Positions 30,468 to 43,017 of a stretch of DNA of 64,000 nucleotides are shown piece by piece. The translations under genes were made by a program, and so were the position numbers. The first letter of the stretch is position 1. Each line of letters begins with the position of its first letter. The DNA is from an uncultured Gammaproteobacteria bacterium (GTDB lineage Bacteria; Patescibacteriota; Patescibacteriia; UBA9934): NCBI GenBank assembly GCA_964599455.1, contig CAZREA010000001.1:71687-135686 (forward strand), given 5' to 3'. The notes under the pieces were generated by a model. The model was not told the origin of the DNA and did no database searches. It saw only the letters and a program-made list of their open reading frames with translations.

Positions 30468-31895
30468 CTATAAGCCCGCCGCTAAACTACTTGCAGCTTG
30501 TACAAATACCTGAAGTCCCTGAGGTGTTAATAGCCACAGTGCAAAGCCAATATGTACCGCTACCAACATCCAAACCAAAACTCGGTACAAAGTATATAAA
30601 TCATTCCCGTCATGCGATACGGATGATGAAAAAAGGGGAGGTGCATAAAGCGAGAATGCTTTCATGACCATACCCAGCGAAATCACGGTAAAAAATATGA
30701 CCCATCCTGGCTCTTGCTGTAACCCGTAGCCTAAAGAAAAAAACAAAAAAGGAAAAGGTGCGCACAACATGACGAGAATAGGAACTTTCTCGATCTTTTC
30801 CTGTTCATCAGTTTCTTGATTTTTTACAGAAAGGAGGAACGATCCAACACCAAAAAGCATCGTTGGTAATAACATGAGTGCGGCAATAATTCCCGCCGGA
30901 CCCGTACTTGCGGTCAGGAAAAAGAGTGCTATCAGGAACATCTGCAGGAAGTGAACGAAAGCAAAACGCGCAGACTTGTGCCATACCAACAAAAAGCTGT
31001 AGGCAAACAGCACGATGCCCACAAAAAGATAGACCCCAAGTACCCATCCGTTTTGTTGTAAGACAACATCGAGCACATATCCTAAACGCAGCATGTGCAC
31101 AAGGCTGATAATGGGAAGAAAAAGCATGATAAGCGTGCGCAATGGTTCAGCAAAGACACGATGCTTTTCAAAAAAGACCGACAAGAAAGGTACCAACCCC
31201 GCAACAAGCAACAATCCCATGCTGCTCAGCAAAAAACCAAGCTTCATCAGCAAGACATGATTTTGTGCTACCTGGGCCGCAATTGAAGTAATTTGACTCA
31301 TGTCCGCAAGCATCGTATAGGTCCAAGCCCACTCTCCATGCGCCAAAAAGATCGCCGTACTAACCGCACCATATCCGATTATCACGAACAGTAAACCTAT
31401 ACTACTCAAACGAACACATCGTTCAATGCCCTTCCAATCAGGAGATGGCAGCCCACGAACGCCATGCACAAGGCAAGTTACGAGTGCGCCCACCATACCG
31501 ATGATGACGAGAGGCAACGCATCGGCGAGCAAGGTTAGGAGGAGAAAAAAACCACACAGAAAGAAAGCCGTGATATGGCGCATGAGCATGATGCGCGAAA
31601 GAACACCCTTTTTGTACCCATCTGCCCAAGAAAATCCAGCAAACAGAGAGATCATCATGAACATGCTCGCAAAAGCAAGTAAACAGAGCGCAGTTGTAAA
31701 ATCCACCTTTAACGTCGCCAAAGGGGCATAGACTGCTACCACTCCCGACAGATGAGGAATCGCGAGTGCAAGAATGGCTATAGCATCAATCAATACCATT
31801 CCAAAAAAACCCATGCGCATGGAGCGTTCTTTGCACGGTATCAGCGGCAAGAGTGCCGAAAGAAAGAAGAGAAGAAGGATGGCGACAGGGGGCAT
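30468..31895 (-). CDS. Degenerate HyfF/MrpD-like proton-antiporter-type membrane subunit
   Basis: About 13 TM segments. LKVDFTT, SSIGLLFVIIG and KLGFLL..GL..AGLVPF track the HyfF pattern. Confidence 0.6.
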   Translation of the reverse strand: MPPVAILLLFFLSALLPLIPCKERSMRMGFFGMVLIDAIAILALAIPHLSGVVAVYAPLATLKVDFTTALCLLAFASMFMMISLFAGFSWADGYKKGVLSRIMLMRHITAFFLCGFFLLLTLLADALPLVIIGMVGALVTCLVHGVRGLPSPDWKGIERCVRLSSIGLLFVIIGYGAVSTAIFLAHGEWAWTYTMLADMSQITSIAAQVAQNHVLLMKLGFLLSSMGLLLVAGLVPFLSVFFEKHRVFAEPLRTLIMLFLPIISLVHMLRLGYVLDVVLQQNGWVLGVYLFVGIVLFAYSFLLVWHKSARFAFVHFLQMFLIALFFLTASTGPAGIIAALMLLPTMLFGVGSFLLSVKNQETDEQEKIEKVPILVMLCAPFPFLFFSLGYGLQQEPGWVIFFTVISLGMVMKAFSLYAPPLFSSSVSHDGNDLYTLYRVLVWMLVAVHIGFALWLLTPQGLQVFVQAASSLAAGL

Positions 31896-31899
31896 AGAT

Positions 31900-33522
31900 T
31901 TAGAGAAAGAGGCTCAAAAGAATAATCACGAGCACCACGAGAACGAAGACTGCACTCGTGGGTGCTATCGTAGCTATGTTGTCAGCCCCGTGAGTTACGA
32001 CACGATCAGCATTCAAGAACAAACGCTGTACGCGAGTAGTCACTAAAGCGATTCCTTTTTGAATAAACACATCTAGACGCTGGAGAAATGAAATGATTAT
32101 TTCCGAAAGAGTACTTATGTGTTTTTTGATCAAGGTAACAAGAACAGGTTTTTCGTGTTGCAACACCGTGGCAATCGTCACAACAAGCATGAGTATCAGT
32201 GTGGTGTAGGTAAAGAGTTTTATGGGCGCCAATGAGGCTGTACCAAAAACGATCACTCCCTCCGAAACCAAATCCGTACCCAATGTCACGAGTAAGAAAG
32301 GAAGAATGGGGATCAAGAAAAGATTGGCAATACATGCCAGAAAGAGTCCATACCACTTCATTCCTTGATAATTATTCATTGTGTTTTCGGACGATGCTTG
32401 AGAAAGCAAGATTTTCCTTATCAATGTCAGCAGCATTACGCCGATCATGAGTCCGGTCATGATCAAAACAATGGCTATAAACACTGAAAAAGAAGAAGCT
32501 TGTGGAAGCGCTGCAATTGTTCCCGTAAAGAAAAGCCACATTGCCGACCACATGACTGATCCGGGTAGTCCCACGGCAAACAAGGCAAGCATCGTCCGCG
32601 TCCATGATGTTGATGAAAGCTGAAGCAGCACCTCTGTGCTCAATACTCGAGCCAAGATCATGAAGAAACAGGCAAAGAGCAATGCCTGAACCGGTTCAAA
32701 AATACCCAACGCTCCAATAAGGAGTGTCATGGCTGCAGCAATAAGGATGAGGACAAGTTGCGCTTGTCCCATGCGCTGCCAAAAAAGTTCAGCCGAGGCA
32801 CGCAAAAGACGATAGCTTGCACCTACCCCCCCAAGGAGCAACACACCCAAAGTCACCGTAAAAAGAATTGGCTCACTGCCTGTCAATAAAAAGAGGGTGA
32901 GACGGAAGAAAATGTAGACAGCAGCGATATCCAAGCCAACAGGTAAAACAACGGCAATCATTCCCAGTCCAGTAATGATCGCAATAGTTCCAAGCAAGAG
33001 TGTTTGACTAGGAAGTTGAGGAATGATCATCGCCATGGTAGGAAAATCAACCAACAATGCCCCACCTGATAATGCCAAAAGTCCACCGCCCAACAAAAAG
33101 ATTCCGGCAATGGCTAAACCCTTGTGAGCAATGGAGGATGAGATTGCGAGTGTACACAACAGGACCATGCTCGAGAGCAGCAGTACCACCATGCTCGAAG
33201 CCGTCAGTACCCCTAACGCCGATAGAAAGGTGATGAAAAAGAGAACGGGATGTATCTTCCCTCTCCTTCCTAACCATTGCCAAACTGCCGAGATCGAGAG
33301 TAAACAAACAAAAATGGCCGCAAAGCGATCGAGCGTAAAGCCCAGTCCATACAACATGGTCCACGCGGTTGAAGGGAATTCTATCAATGTTTTCCAGCCC
33401 ATCAACACCTCAAACCCCGGAAAAAAGACCGCTCCAATAAGCACGAGTCCGAGAACTCGACCAAGAAACCCGCACACCTTTCTCCCCGAAAATGACCAGC
33501 GCATAGGCAAAAAAGACATCAT
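31900..33522 (-). CDS. Degenerate HyfB/MrpA-like membrane subunit
   Basis: Highly hydrophobic. GFTLDRFAAIF, LTASS..LL and AVGLPG..WSAMWLFF resemble the antiporter-like subunit. Confidence 0.5.
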   Translation of the reverse strand: MMSFLPMRWSFSGRKVCGFLGRVLGLVLIGAVFFPGFEVLMGWKTLIEFPSTAWTMLYGLGFTLDRFAAIFVCLLSISAVWQWLGRRGKIHPVLFFITFLSALGVLTASSMVVLLLSSMVLLCTLAISSSIAHKGLAIAGIFLLGGGLLALSGGALLVDFPTMAMIIPQLPSQTLLLGTIAIITGLGMIAVVLPVGLDIAAVYIFFRLTLFLLTGSEPILFTVTLGVLLLGGVGASYRLLRASAELFWQRMGQAQLVLILIAAAMTLLIGALGIFEPVQALLFACFFMILARVLSTEVLLQLSSTSWTRTMLALFAVGLPGSVMWSAMWLFFTGTIAALPQASSFSVFIAIVLIMTGLMIGVMLLTLIRKILLSQASSENTMNNYQGMKWYGLFLACIANLFLIPILPFLLVTLGTDLVSEGVIVFGTASLAPIKLFTYTTLILMLVVTIATVLQHEKPVLVTLIKKHISTLSEIIISFLQRLDVFIQKGIALVTTRVQRLFLNADRVVTHGADNIATIAPTSAVFVLVVLVIILLSLFL

Positions 33523-33596
33523 AAACTGTCAGTAGTGTAGGCAAAAAGTAAGGTATTAGGCTATGAGCTCAGTGGATAAGAAAAACGAGAGATCGT

Positions 33597-34040
33597 TTAT
33601 CTCTCGTCTCCCTGCGTAATTGTTCGTCCCTTGCCTTTTCCTTTCAAAGCAACCTTGTAGCGAACGAGCTCACGTTCAAGCGCGGCTGCGGCGGCGGCAT
33701 ACGAAACATCATCAGCAAAACGAACCTGCTTCTTCGCTTCTTCCGCTTCTTGCTTGGCTTTCTCAATCGCAACCAGCTCAAGCTCATCTGAACGCTCGGC
33801 GGTATCGGCTAAGATCGTGAGGGTGTTGTTCGTAAAGGAGAGAAAACCCGTTGAAAGCGCAAAAAGCTCTTCTTTTCCTTTGGAACGTACGCGCATCTCC
33901 CCTGGAGCCAGTAACGATGAAAGCGCGATGTGACCGGGAAAAATCGTAATTTGACCGGTGGTTGTAGGTACGATAAGAGCATCGGCTTCGCCGGTAGCAA
34001 CCGTTCTTTCGGGAGTGAGGAGGGAGTATATAAGAGGCAT
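33597..34040 (-). CDS. atpC: ATP synthase epsilon subunit
   Basis: TPER, PTTTGQITIFPGH, GFL..N.LTILADTAE. Confidence 0.95.
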   Translation of the reverse strand: MPLIYSLLTPERTVATGEADALIVPTTTGQITIFPGHIALSSLLAPGEMRVRSKGKEELFALSTGFLSFTNNTLTILADTAERSDELELVAIEKAKQEAEEAKKQVRFADDVSYAAAAAALERELVRYKVALKGKGKGRTITQGDER

Positions 34041-34051
34041 AGAGAAAGACC

Positions 34052-36299
<2,248 letters not shown>

Positions 36300-36304
36300 A
36301 AATA

Positions 36305-37819
36305 TTAGACGTTCGTTGAAAAGTTTGCGACGAAATCTTTGAGATACGTGTCAATCTCCGTTTTTACCTCAGCAGACACTTCCTTGTTTTCAGCAATCTT
36401 GCGCAACAATTCTGCGCCAAGGCCTTTCATTGATGCTAACAATTCGCTTTCGAAACGCATAACATCAGCAACAGGAATGGTGTCGAGATAGCCATTGTTG
36501 AGTGCATACATGATGATTGCTTGTTCGGAAAAATGAAGCGGGGCGTATTGCTTTTGCTTCATCACCTCCATCGCACGACGTCCGCGTTCAATCTGCTTCT
36601 TTGTCGTTTCATCAAGATCAGTAGCGAATTGCGCAAAGGCTTCCAATTCACGGTACTGTGCCAAATCAACCTTGAGTGTTTTGGCTACATTTTTCATGGC
36701 CTTGGTTTGCGCAGCCGAACCGACACGCGATACCGAGTTACCAATGTTCACCGCCGGACGCTGACCCTTGTAAAACAGGTCGGTTTCCAAGAAAATCTGT
36801 CCATCGGTAATAGAAATGACGTTGGTAGGAATATATGCCGAAATATCACCACCTTGTGTTTCGATAATCGGCAACGCGGTGATTGAACCACCACCATGCT
36901 CTTCGTTGACACGTGCACTGCGTTCCAATAAACGTGAGTGAAGATAAAAAACATCACCTGGATACGCCTCACGACCTGGCGGACGACGCAACAACAACGA
37001 GATTTCACGATAGGCCCAGGCATGTTTAGAAAGATCATCGTACACAACAAGGACATCATCACCTTTGGCCATGAAGTATTCGGCTAACGTACAGCCGGAG
37101 TATGGCGCGATGTACTGCATAGCTGCAGGATCGGATGCACCTGCCAAAACAATGGTGGTGTACTCCATTGCACCCGCTACCTGTAAACGGGCCATGAGTT
37201 GCGCAATCTTTGATTCCTTTTGACCAATGGCCACGTAAATACATTTTACATTTTCACCTTTCTGATTAAGAATCGTATCAATTGCCAATGCGGTTTTTCC
37301 GGTTTGACGATCACCGATAATAAGTTCGCGCTGTCCACGACCAATCGGAATAAGGGCATCAATCGCTTTAATACCCGTGTGCATTGGCACGCTCACTGAT
37401 TTACGCGACATGACGCCTGGTGCGATTTTTTCTACCGGAGCAAATTGCTTCGAGGCAATTGCACCTTTTCCATCGATAGGATTACCAAGGGGATCGATCA
37501 CGCGACCAATAAACGCATCACCAACCGGTACCGACAAAATGCGGCCCGTGCCCTTCACGGTATCGCCCGCCTTGATCGTCGTAACGTCCCCCAAAATCAT
37601 GGCGCCAACCGCACCTTCTTCAAGGTTCAACGCAACGCCCAACACATCACTAGAAAATTCAACAATTTCTTGACTCATGACGGTCGACAGTCCGCTAATA
37701 CGCGCCACGCCATCGGCAACAGATAAAACTGTTCCTACCTGCTGTTCTTTTACGGATGTTTCAAAACGTGCAATTTCTGCACGCAAGGCGTCAAGAATGT
37801 CGGTTTTTTTTGCTGCCAT
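36305..37819 (-). CDS. atpA: ATP synthase alpha subunit
   Basis: [31 protein letters not shown]. Confidence 0.99.
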   Translation of the reverse strand: MAAKKTDILDALRAEIARFETSVKEQQVGTVLSVADGVARISGLSTVMSQEIVEFSSDVLGVALNLEEGAVGAMILGDVTTIKAGDTVKGTGRILSVPVGDAFIGRVIDPLGNPIDGKGAIASKQFAPVEKIAPGVMSRKSVSVPMHTGIKAIDALIPIGRGQRELIIGDRQTGKTALAIDTILNQKGENVKCIYVAIGQKESKIAQLMARLQVAGAMEYTTIVLAGASDPAAMQYIAPYSGCTLAEYFMAKGDDVLVVYDDLSKHAWAYREISLLLRRPPGREAYPGDVFYLHSRLLERSARVNEEHGGGSITALPIIETQGGDISAYIPTNVISITDGQIFLETDLFYKGQRPAVNIGNSVSRVGSAAQTKAMKNVAKTLKVDLAQYRELEAFAQFATDLDETTKKQIERGRRAMEVMKQKQYAPLHFSEQAIIMYALNNGYLDTIPVADVMRFESELLASMKGLGAELLRKIAENKEVSAEVKTEIDTYLKDFVANFSTNV

Positions 37820-37827
37820 ACAACAGA

Positions 37828-38217
37828 TTAAATACTTTTTTCAAGAGAAGCTTCTAGCGTCTGCAAGGCACCCAGTGCCGAACCGTCGATCAGTCGGTCA
37901 TCTACGCGCACAATCGCGCCACCCAATAACCGAGGATCAATAACGGTGTGAAATTCTGCACTTCCTGCCTTTTCTTCGAGATGCTTTTTTAATTCAGCAG
38001 GCAAACGATAAGCGCTTGTGACCGTTACCTTTGACGCACCAAATTCTTCTGCCCATGTTGCATCGCAGGCACGAAGCAGTTCGCGCGATCGGGATAATAG
38101 TCCCTGTTCGCGCAAAAAGTGCACCACCTCGGCAACGGCTTTATCGAGCTGCTTGTCGGGTACTTCGGCCAAGGTGCGAATAATGGCGCGAGCAAGAGGT
38201 TTGATGTTTGATTTCAT
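37828..38217 (-). CDS. atpH: ATP synthase delta subunit (short form)
   Basis: [23 protein letters not shown]. Lies between atpF and atpA. Confidence 0.92.
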   Translation of the reverse strand: MKSNIKPLARAIIRTLAEVPDKQLDKAVAEVVHFLREQGLLSRSRELLRACDATWAEEFGASKVTVTSAYRLPAELKKHLEEKAGSAEFHTVIDPRLLGGAIVRVDDRLIDGSALGALQTLEASLEKSI

Positions 38218-38219
38218 AC

Positions 38220-38807
38220 TTACGTCATCTTTCTCACCACTTCCTCAGCCATGGATGTTGATTTCTTTTCATCAATTTGGCTAGCGACAATCTTCGTTGC
38301 CGCCGCAACCGCAATTTCGACCACATCTTTACGCATAGCCATCATCATCGCCTGTCGTTCGGCATCAAGCTGTTCCTTCCCTTTTGCAATAACTCGTTCA
38401 ACTTCTTTCTTGGCCGCTTCAACCATTTCTACCTTGCGAATTTCGGTGTCGGTTAGTGCCTTGGTTGTGAACGCATCAGCTTCTTGACGAGCGGCGCGCA
38501 AAATATCTTCTTTTTCTTTTTGCGCTTGTGCCAGCTTCTGCCCGATCGCTTCAGCGTTTTTGACGCTTTGCGCAATTTTGTCTTCCCGTTCGTGCAACGC
38601 ACGCAAAATGGGTTTGTAGGCAAATTTCCACAACACCAACAACACCAACAAAAAGTTAACAAGCTGCGCGATAAACAGATCAGTGCGCAAGCCAAAAGTA
38701 CCGATCACGCCTGCGATACCGCCAGAAGATGCTTCCTCGGTGGAAGCATGGGTGGTAGCCGTAGGTGATTCGGTTTCGTGCTGAGTAGTAGGGGCAGTAG
38801 TAGCCAT
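38220..38807 (-). CDS. atpF: ATP synthase b subunit
   Basis: FIAQLVNF..L..LWKFAYKPI..L.ERE, followed by a coiled coil. Confidence 0.95.
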   Translation of the reverse strand: MATTAPTTQHETESPTATTHASTEEASSGGIAGVIGTFGLRTDLFIAQLVNFLLVLLVLWKFAYKPILRALHEREDKIAQSVKNAEAIGQKLAQAQKEKEDILRAARQEADAFTTKALTDTEIRKVEMVEAAKKEVERVIAKGKEQLDAERQAMMMAMRKDVVEIAVAAATKIVASQIDEKKSTSMAEEVVRKMT

Positions 38808-38831
38808 AATCAAGCCAAAGAATCTCCGGAA

Positions 38832-38851
38832 TGTAGTGGAAAACCACTACA
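38832..38851. promoter_or_regulatory. Intercistronic hairpin between atpE and atpF
   Basis: TGTAGTGG-AAAA-CCACTACA. Confidence 0.5.
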
Positions 38852-38865
38852 CAACCGCAAATACC

Positions 38866-39084
38866 TTAGAGGGTAAAAGCAATGATGAGTGCGTAAATGG
38901 CAACGGCTTCCGCAAAAGCCATACCAAGAAGCATCGGCGTGAACATTTCCTTACGGGCTTCGGGGTTGCGACCGATGCCTTCCATTGCCGAGCGTCCAAT
39001 CAAACCGATCGCAATTGCTGGTCCAAAACCACCAACCGCGATAGCCAACGCCTTTGCAAAAAGCGTCATTGTTGCTGCATCCAT
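38866..39084 (-). CDS. atpE: ATP synthase c subunit (H+-type)
   Basis: GRNPEA loop and AFAEAVAIYA. Lacks the Gln and Ser/Thr residues of the Na+-binding signature. Confidence 0.97.
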   Translation of the reverse strand: MDAATMTLFAKALAIAVGGFGPAIAIGLIGRSAMEGIGRNPEARKEMFTPMLLGMAFAEAVAIYALIIAFTL

Positions 39085-39108
39085 ACAAGAAGTTAAAAAT
39101 GAATGACT

Positions 39109-39132
39109 GAACGTCGAGCATATTCGACGTTC
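39109..39132. promoter_or_regulatory. Intercistronic hairpin between atpB and atpE
   Basis: GAACGTCGA-GCATAT-TCGACGTTC. Confidence 0.5.
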
Positions 39133-39144
39133 CGTGGTTCACTT

Positions 39145-40017
39145 TTAGCCAGCGTGGGCATCGGCCTCGTGCGTGTGTTCGTCATGGTCGCCATGTTCTT
39201 CGGTAGCGATAGTCAGAAATACCAACACCAGTGTAGCAAACACCGTTGCCTGAATAAGACCAACAAGAATTTCCATGAACATGAAAGGGATAGGAACCAG
39301 ATACGACACCAACGATAACATGACGGTCATGAGAATTTCACCAGCAAACACATTTCCAAATAAACGTAATGATAACGAAGCGACACGCGCAAATTCTCCG
39401 ATGATCTCAATAAGGCCAACAAAAAACTCAATAACCGCTGTCACAATAGCCATTGGTCCTTTAGGAATAGCGCGGAAGATGCCACGAATATTCACGAATT
39501 TAGAAACATAATTCACAAAACCCGTTACACGAATACCCACAATCTGCACCACAAGCAACGACAAGGCTGCAAGAGCCAAAGTAAGATTCAGATCAGCTGC
39601 TGCCGGACGCAACAGAGGAATGAGCTCAGTATGGCCATGCACTTCTCCCCAGATACCAATGGTTCCTGTTCCTGGCAATAGTCCCATCCAATTATTAATA
39701 AGAATAAAGAAAAAAATGGTGGCGACTAACGGGAAGAATGCGAGCGCTTTTTTTCGATTTCCCGTAATACCTTCCATCTGATCGAGAAACCAAACAATGA
39801 CGGCTTCAATGAGATTATGGACGCCCCGTGGAATAAGTGCGCCCTTTCGGCGAGAAGCGATGAATGCGACAAGAACAAAAAATCCGGCTGCAATCCAGGC
39901 ATTGAGCATGGAATTGGTGACCGGAAATGTACTGATATGAAAAAGCGGCTCAGCGGCCAAGGCAGCCGGTGCAAAACGTATCGCAGGCGATAAGGAAGAA
40001 CGCTTTTCCAGGTGCAT
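39145..40017 (-). CDS. atpB: ATP synthase a subunit
   Basis: NWMGLLPG, SLSLRLFGNVFAGE, IQA.VF..L. Confidence 0.97.
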   Translation of the reverse strand: MHLEKRSSLSPAIRFAPAALAAEPLFHISTFPVTNSMLNAWIAAGFFVLVAFIASRRKGALIPRGVHNLIEAVIVWFLDQMEGITGNRKKALAFFPLVATIFFFILINNWMGLLPGTGTIGIWGEVHGHTELIPLLRPAAADLNLTLALAALSLLVVQIVGIRVTGFVNYVSKFVNIRGIFRAIPKGPMAIVTAVIEFFVGLIEIIGEFARVASLSLRLFGNVFAGEILMTVMLSLVSYLVPIPFMFMEILVGLIQATVFATLVLVFLTIATEEHGDHDEHTHEADAHAG

Positions 40018-40087
40018 AACAAACAAAAAGCGGGGGTAGTATACGATTTTTGTAGGCCGAGCGTCAAGGAAGTGTGGAAAGAAAAGG

Positions 40088-40118
40088 GGTTAAGGTGGTT
40101 AAAATGGTTAAGGGGTTA
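40088..40118. repeat. GGTTAA-unit repeat at the tatD stop (family copy 2)
   Basis: GGTTAA at 40088, 40097 and 40106 (9-bp period) and GGTTA at 40114. Confidence 0.7.
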
Positions 40119-40968
40119 TCTGAAACATGCGTTCTGCATTTTTTACGGTTTGTTCAGCCACTTTTTCCAATGGGAGATTGAACATATCGGCAATTTTTTG
40201 AGCAGTTTCGACAACATATGCAGGCTCATTGCGTTTTCCGCGATATGGCGTCGGGGCGAGATACGGCGCATCAGTCTCGATCAATATCGATTCGAGAGGA
40301 ACATGGGGCACCACTTCGGCAACATTTTTTCCGAACGTGATAATGCCGGAAAAAGAGATCATAAAGCCGAGCTCAACATACTTCATAGCTTCATCAATCG
40401 TTCCCGTAAAACAATGAATCACTCCTCGTCGTAATAATCCGCCGTGAGCGATCTCTTCTTTGATGAGATCAGTCATGTCGACATGCGCATCTCGGCAATG
40501 GATAACCACAGGCTTTTGTAACTCGGTAGCAAGCTGCAGTTGTGCTCGTGCAACAGCCTGTTGATCCGTCATTATCCGTTGCGATCCGTCATCATCTGTT
40601 TTCAACCGATAATAATCAAGACCGAATTCTCCGATCGCAACAACCTTTGGATTCTGCGCCAACACTCGAAGTTCATCGAGATTCACTCTTCCCTCTTCAT
40701 CAATAACACCTTGGTGCGTCATCCCTTCTGGCAATTCGTTGTCATCATGATAATCCGGTGCATGCACGTGACACGGGTGAATACCTACCGCTGCCCAAAC
40801 GTCGGGATGGACATTTGCAAAACGCACAGCAGCTTCGTTGGTATATGCAGTTGTTCCCACGGTCAACATACCAACCCCCGCCACACGCGCACGAGCCATA
40901 ACTGCATCAACATCTTCTTTATAGGCTTCAAAAGAAACGTGACAATGGGAATCAAAAAAACGAAACAT
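40108..40968 (-). CDS. tatD: TatD-family deoxyribonuclease
   Basis: DSHCH, GIHP, IGEFGLDY, IHCRDA, HCFTG, ETDAPYL.P. Confidence 0.96.
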   Translation of the reverse strand: MFRFFDSHCHVSFEAYKEDVDAVMARARVAGVGMLTVGTTAYTNEAAVRFANVHPDVWAAVGIHPCHVHAPDYHDDNELPEGMTHQGVIDEEGRVNLDELRVLAQNPKVVAIGEFGLDYYRLKTDDDGSQRIMTDQQAVARAQLQLATELQKPVVIHCRDAHVDMTDLIKEEIAHGGLLRRGVIHCFTGTIDEAMKYVELGFMISFSGIITFGKNVAEVVPHVPLESILIETDAPYLAPTPYRGKRNEPAYVVETAQKIADMFNLPLEKVAEQTVKNAERMFQITP

Positions 40969-40971
40969 ACA

Positions 40972-41454
40972 CTAAAGCCAACCTAAACCAGACAACATTC
41001 GGATGCCATAACCGACAGCCTGTGATGAAAGTAATAAAGCGCGCCAAGTTGCATCGGTAATAAATTGTACAGAAAGATAACTTACACCAAGAATGACGGC
41101 CACCGCCTCTACCAATCCTACTGCCGCTCCACCCAGATGATTTAATAAACCTACACCCGGAATAATGGAAAATAATCGTCGTACAAGATCCAGAGCGGCA
41201 ATGATAAGATTTACAATTATTCCCACCAACACCGCAATCATGAGAAAAGCAAAAATGAGTGCGATGGGATGGACAGAGAAAGGAATACCCACCACATCTT
41301 CCAGCCAGCTAATACTCCAAATACTCACAACAATACTCACAACCAAACTCACGAGCCCGCCAGCCATTCGCACAAATCCACGTCGCCAACCAAAGATAAA
41401 AAATCCGATTGCAACAAGGGCAAAAAGTATATCGATGTGAAAGGAAGTGAGCAT
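40972..41454 (-). CDS. CvpA-family membrane protein
   Basis: IDI..GWRRGF, LNHLGGA.VGL pattern, four TM segments. Confidence 0.8.
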   Translation of the reverse strand: MLTSFHIDILFALVAIGFFIFGWRRGFVRMAGGLVSLVVSIVVSIWSISWLEDVVGIPFSVHPIALIFAFLMIAVLVGIIVNLIIAALDLVRRLFSIIPGVGLLNHLGGAAVGLVEAVAVILGVSYLSVQFITDATWRALLLSSQAVGYGIRMLSGLGWL

Positions 41455-41475
41455 AGAGATTGTCAGAGGGGGCCT

Positions 41476-42963
41476 TTACTCTTCTCTTTTTGGAAATAAC
41501 GGCGCACCATATTCTAATTTTTCGCCGCTATATCGACGGACAATTTCTTCACCGACCGTTGGCATAACTGGCATCAATGCATACCCGATCCAACGAATCA
41601 TGACTGCAAGTTCGGACAATGTTTTTTTGCATGCGACCGGATCGGTTTTGGCCGTACGAAACGGTGCTTCATCATCGATTTTTTTATTGGCTTCATCAAT
41701 TGCCTGCTGAACGATTTCTAAATAGCGTTTGAAATCGCGATTTTCGATTTCGGTGTGTAATTGCGTATCGTGGTCGAGGGAGACGGGTCGACGACCCGTC
41801 TGTACGTCGACATGGCCATCAAAATATTTATTGGCCATGGCGGCGACACGGCCAACTAAATTCCCTAATCCGTTTGCCAGTTCATTATACCGCTCTTCCA
41901 ATCGCGCTTTTGCAATGTCACCGTCACCCACAAGCGGCAAATCACGAAGCAACAAATAGCGTGTCGCATCAACGCCGTAGGTATCAATCAATTCTTTTGG
42001 CGCAATGACGTTTCCAATCGATTTTGACATTTTCTCGCCTTCAACGGTCAAAAATCCATGCACAAACACTTCATGCGGTAATGGCAATCCGGCCGATAGC
42101 AAAAATGCTGGCCAATAAATAGCATGAAAACGGACAATATCTTTGCCGATAACCTGTATGCGTGCGTCTGCCTGTTCCCAAAAGGTTTTATACGTCTCGG
42201 CATCATCTGCAAATCCAAGCGCGGTAATATAGTTTGACAGTGCATCAACCCACACATACATCACTTGGGACTCATCGCCCGGTACCGGCACGCCCCAATT
42301 CTCTGCACGTGCTACTGATCGAGAAATACTAAAATCTTGTAACCCCTTTTTTACAAATGAAAGCATCTCGTTACGTCGTTCGTCTGGCCACACTTTCAAA
42401 CGATGCTTCATGCCGCGGTCATTGACGTATTCTTCGCCGATCAACAATTTCTCGATAGCATCCTGATAACGAGAGAGTTTAAAAAAGTAATTTTCTTCTT
42501 TAATGGTTTCAACGGGCTTTCTGTGGGTAGGACAAAGATTTCCATCAAGTAAATCTATTGCGTCGTAAAAGGCTTCACATCCCACACAATACAATCCTTC
42601 ATATGATCGTTTCTCAATATCTTCTTTCTTCATCATGGACCACAACTTTTGCGCACCGCACATGTGGATGTCATCACGAGTACGAATAAAATTCCGGAAT
42701 GACGCATCAAGATTTAAAAGCTCATCAAGCTCCCGAAATGCCGCTGAGAGACGAGCAACAAATACTTCAGTCTCTTCCCCGGCATCACGTGCGGCACGAA
42801 CATTTTTTAAACTATTATCATCACTACCAAATTGACCACGAACGGTTTCGCCTTGTGCTTTATAATAGCGCAACAATGCATCAACCTGAATAAGCTCGAG
42901 CGCGTATCCAACGTGCGGAGTGGAATTAACGTAAGGAATGGAAGCAGTAATATAACGCGTCAT
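41476..42963 (-). CDS. metG: Methionine--tRNA ligase (short form)
   Basis: IPYVN..PHVG, CVGC..CPTH knuckle, YVWVDAL, IGKDI.RFH, KMSKS. Confidence 0.97.
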   Translation of the reverse strand: MTRYITASIPYVNSTPHVGYALELIQVDALLRYYKAQGETVRGQFGSDDNSLKNVRAARDAGEETEVFVARLSAAFRELDELLNLDASFRNFIRTRDDIHMCGAQKLWSMMKKEDIEKRSYEGLYCVGCEAFYDAIDLLDGNLCPTHRKPVETIKEENYFFKLSRYQDAIEKLLIGEEYVNDRGMKHRLKVWPDERRNEMLSFVKKGLQDFSISRSVARAENWGVPVPGDESQVMYVWVDALSNYITALGFADDAETYKTFWEQADARIQVIGKDIVRFHAIYWPAFLLSAGLPLPHEVFVHGFLTVEGEKMSKSIGNVIAPKELIDTYGVDATRYLLLRDLPLVGDGDIAKARLEERYNELANGLGNLVGRVAAMANKYFDGHVDVQTGRRPVSLDHDTQLHTEIENRDFKRYLEIVQQAIDEANKKIDDEAPFRTAKTDPVACKKTLSELAVMIRWIGYALMPVMPTVGEEIVRRYSGEKLEYGAPLFPKREE

Positions 42964-42986
42964 AATGGAACTTTTGTATCATAAAA

Positions 42987-43017
42987 AATACGAGATCACA
43001 AATACTAACCTCGTATT
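42987..43017. repeat. Degenerate copy of the ORF6N-associated palindrome (downstream of the gene)
   Basis: AATACGAG-ATCACAAATACTAAC-CTCGTATT, with the same 21-bp GAG..CTC register as the other two copies. Confidence 0.65.

Noticed and set aside
38866-39084. Na+-coupled ATP synthase
   Set aside because: The c subunit has E-A-V and no helix-1 Gln, so it lacks the Na+-binding signature.
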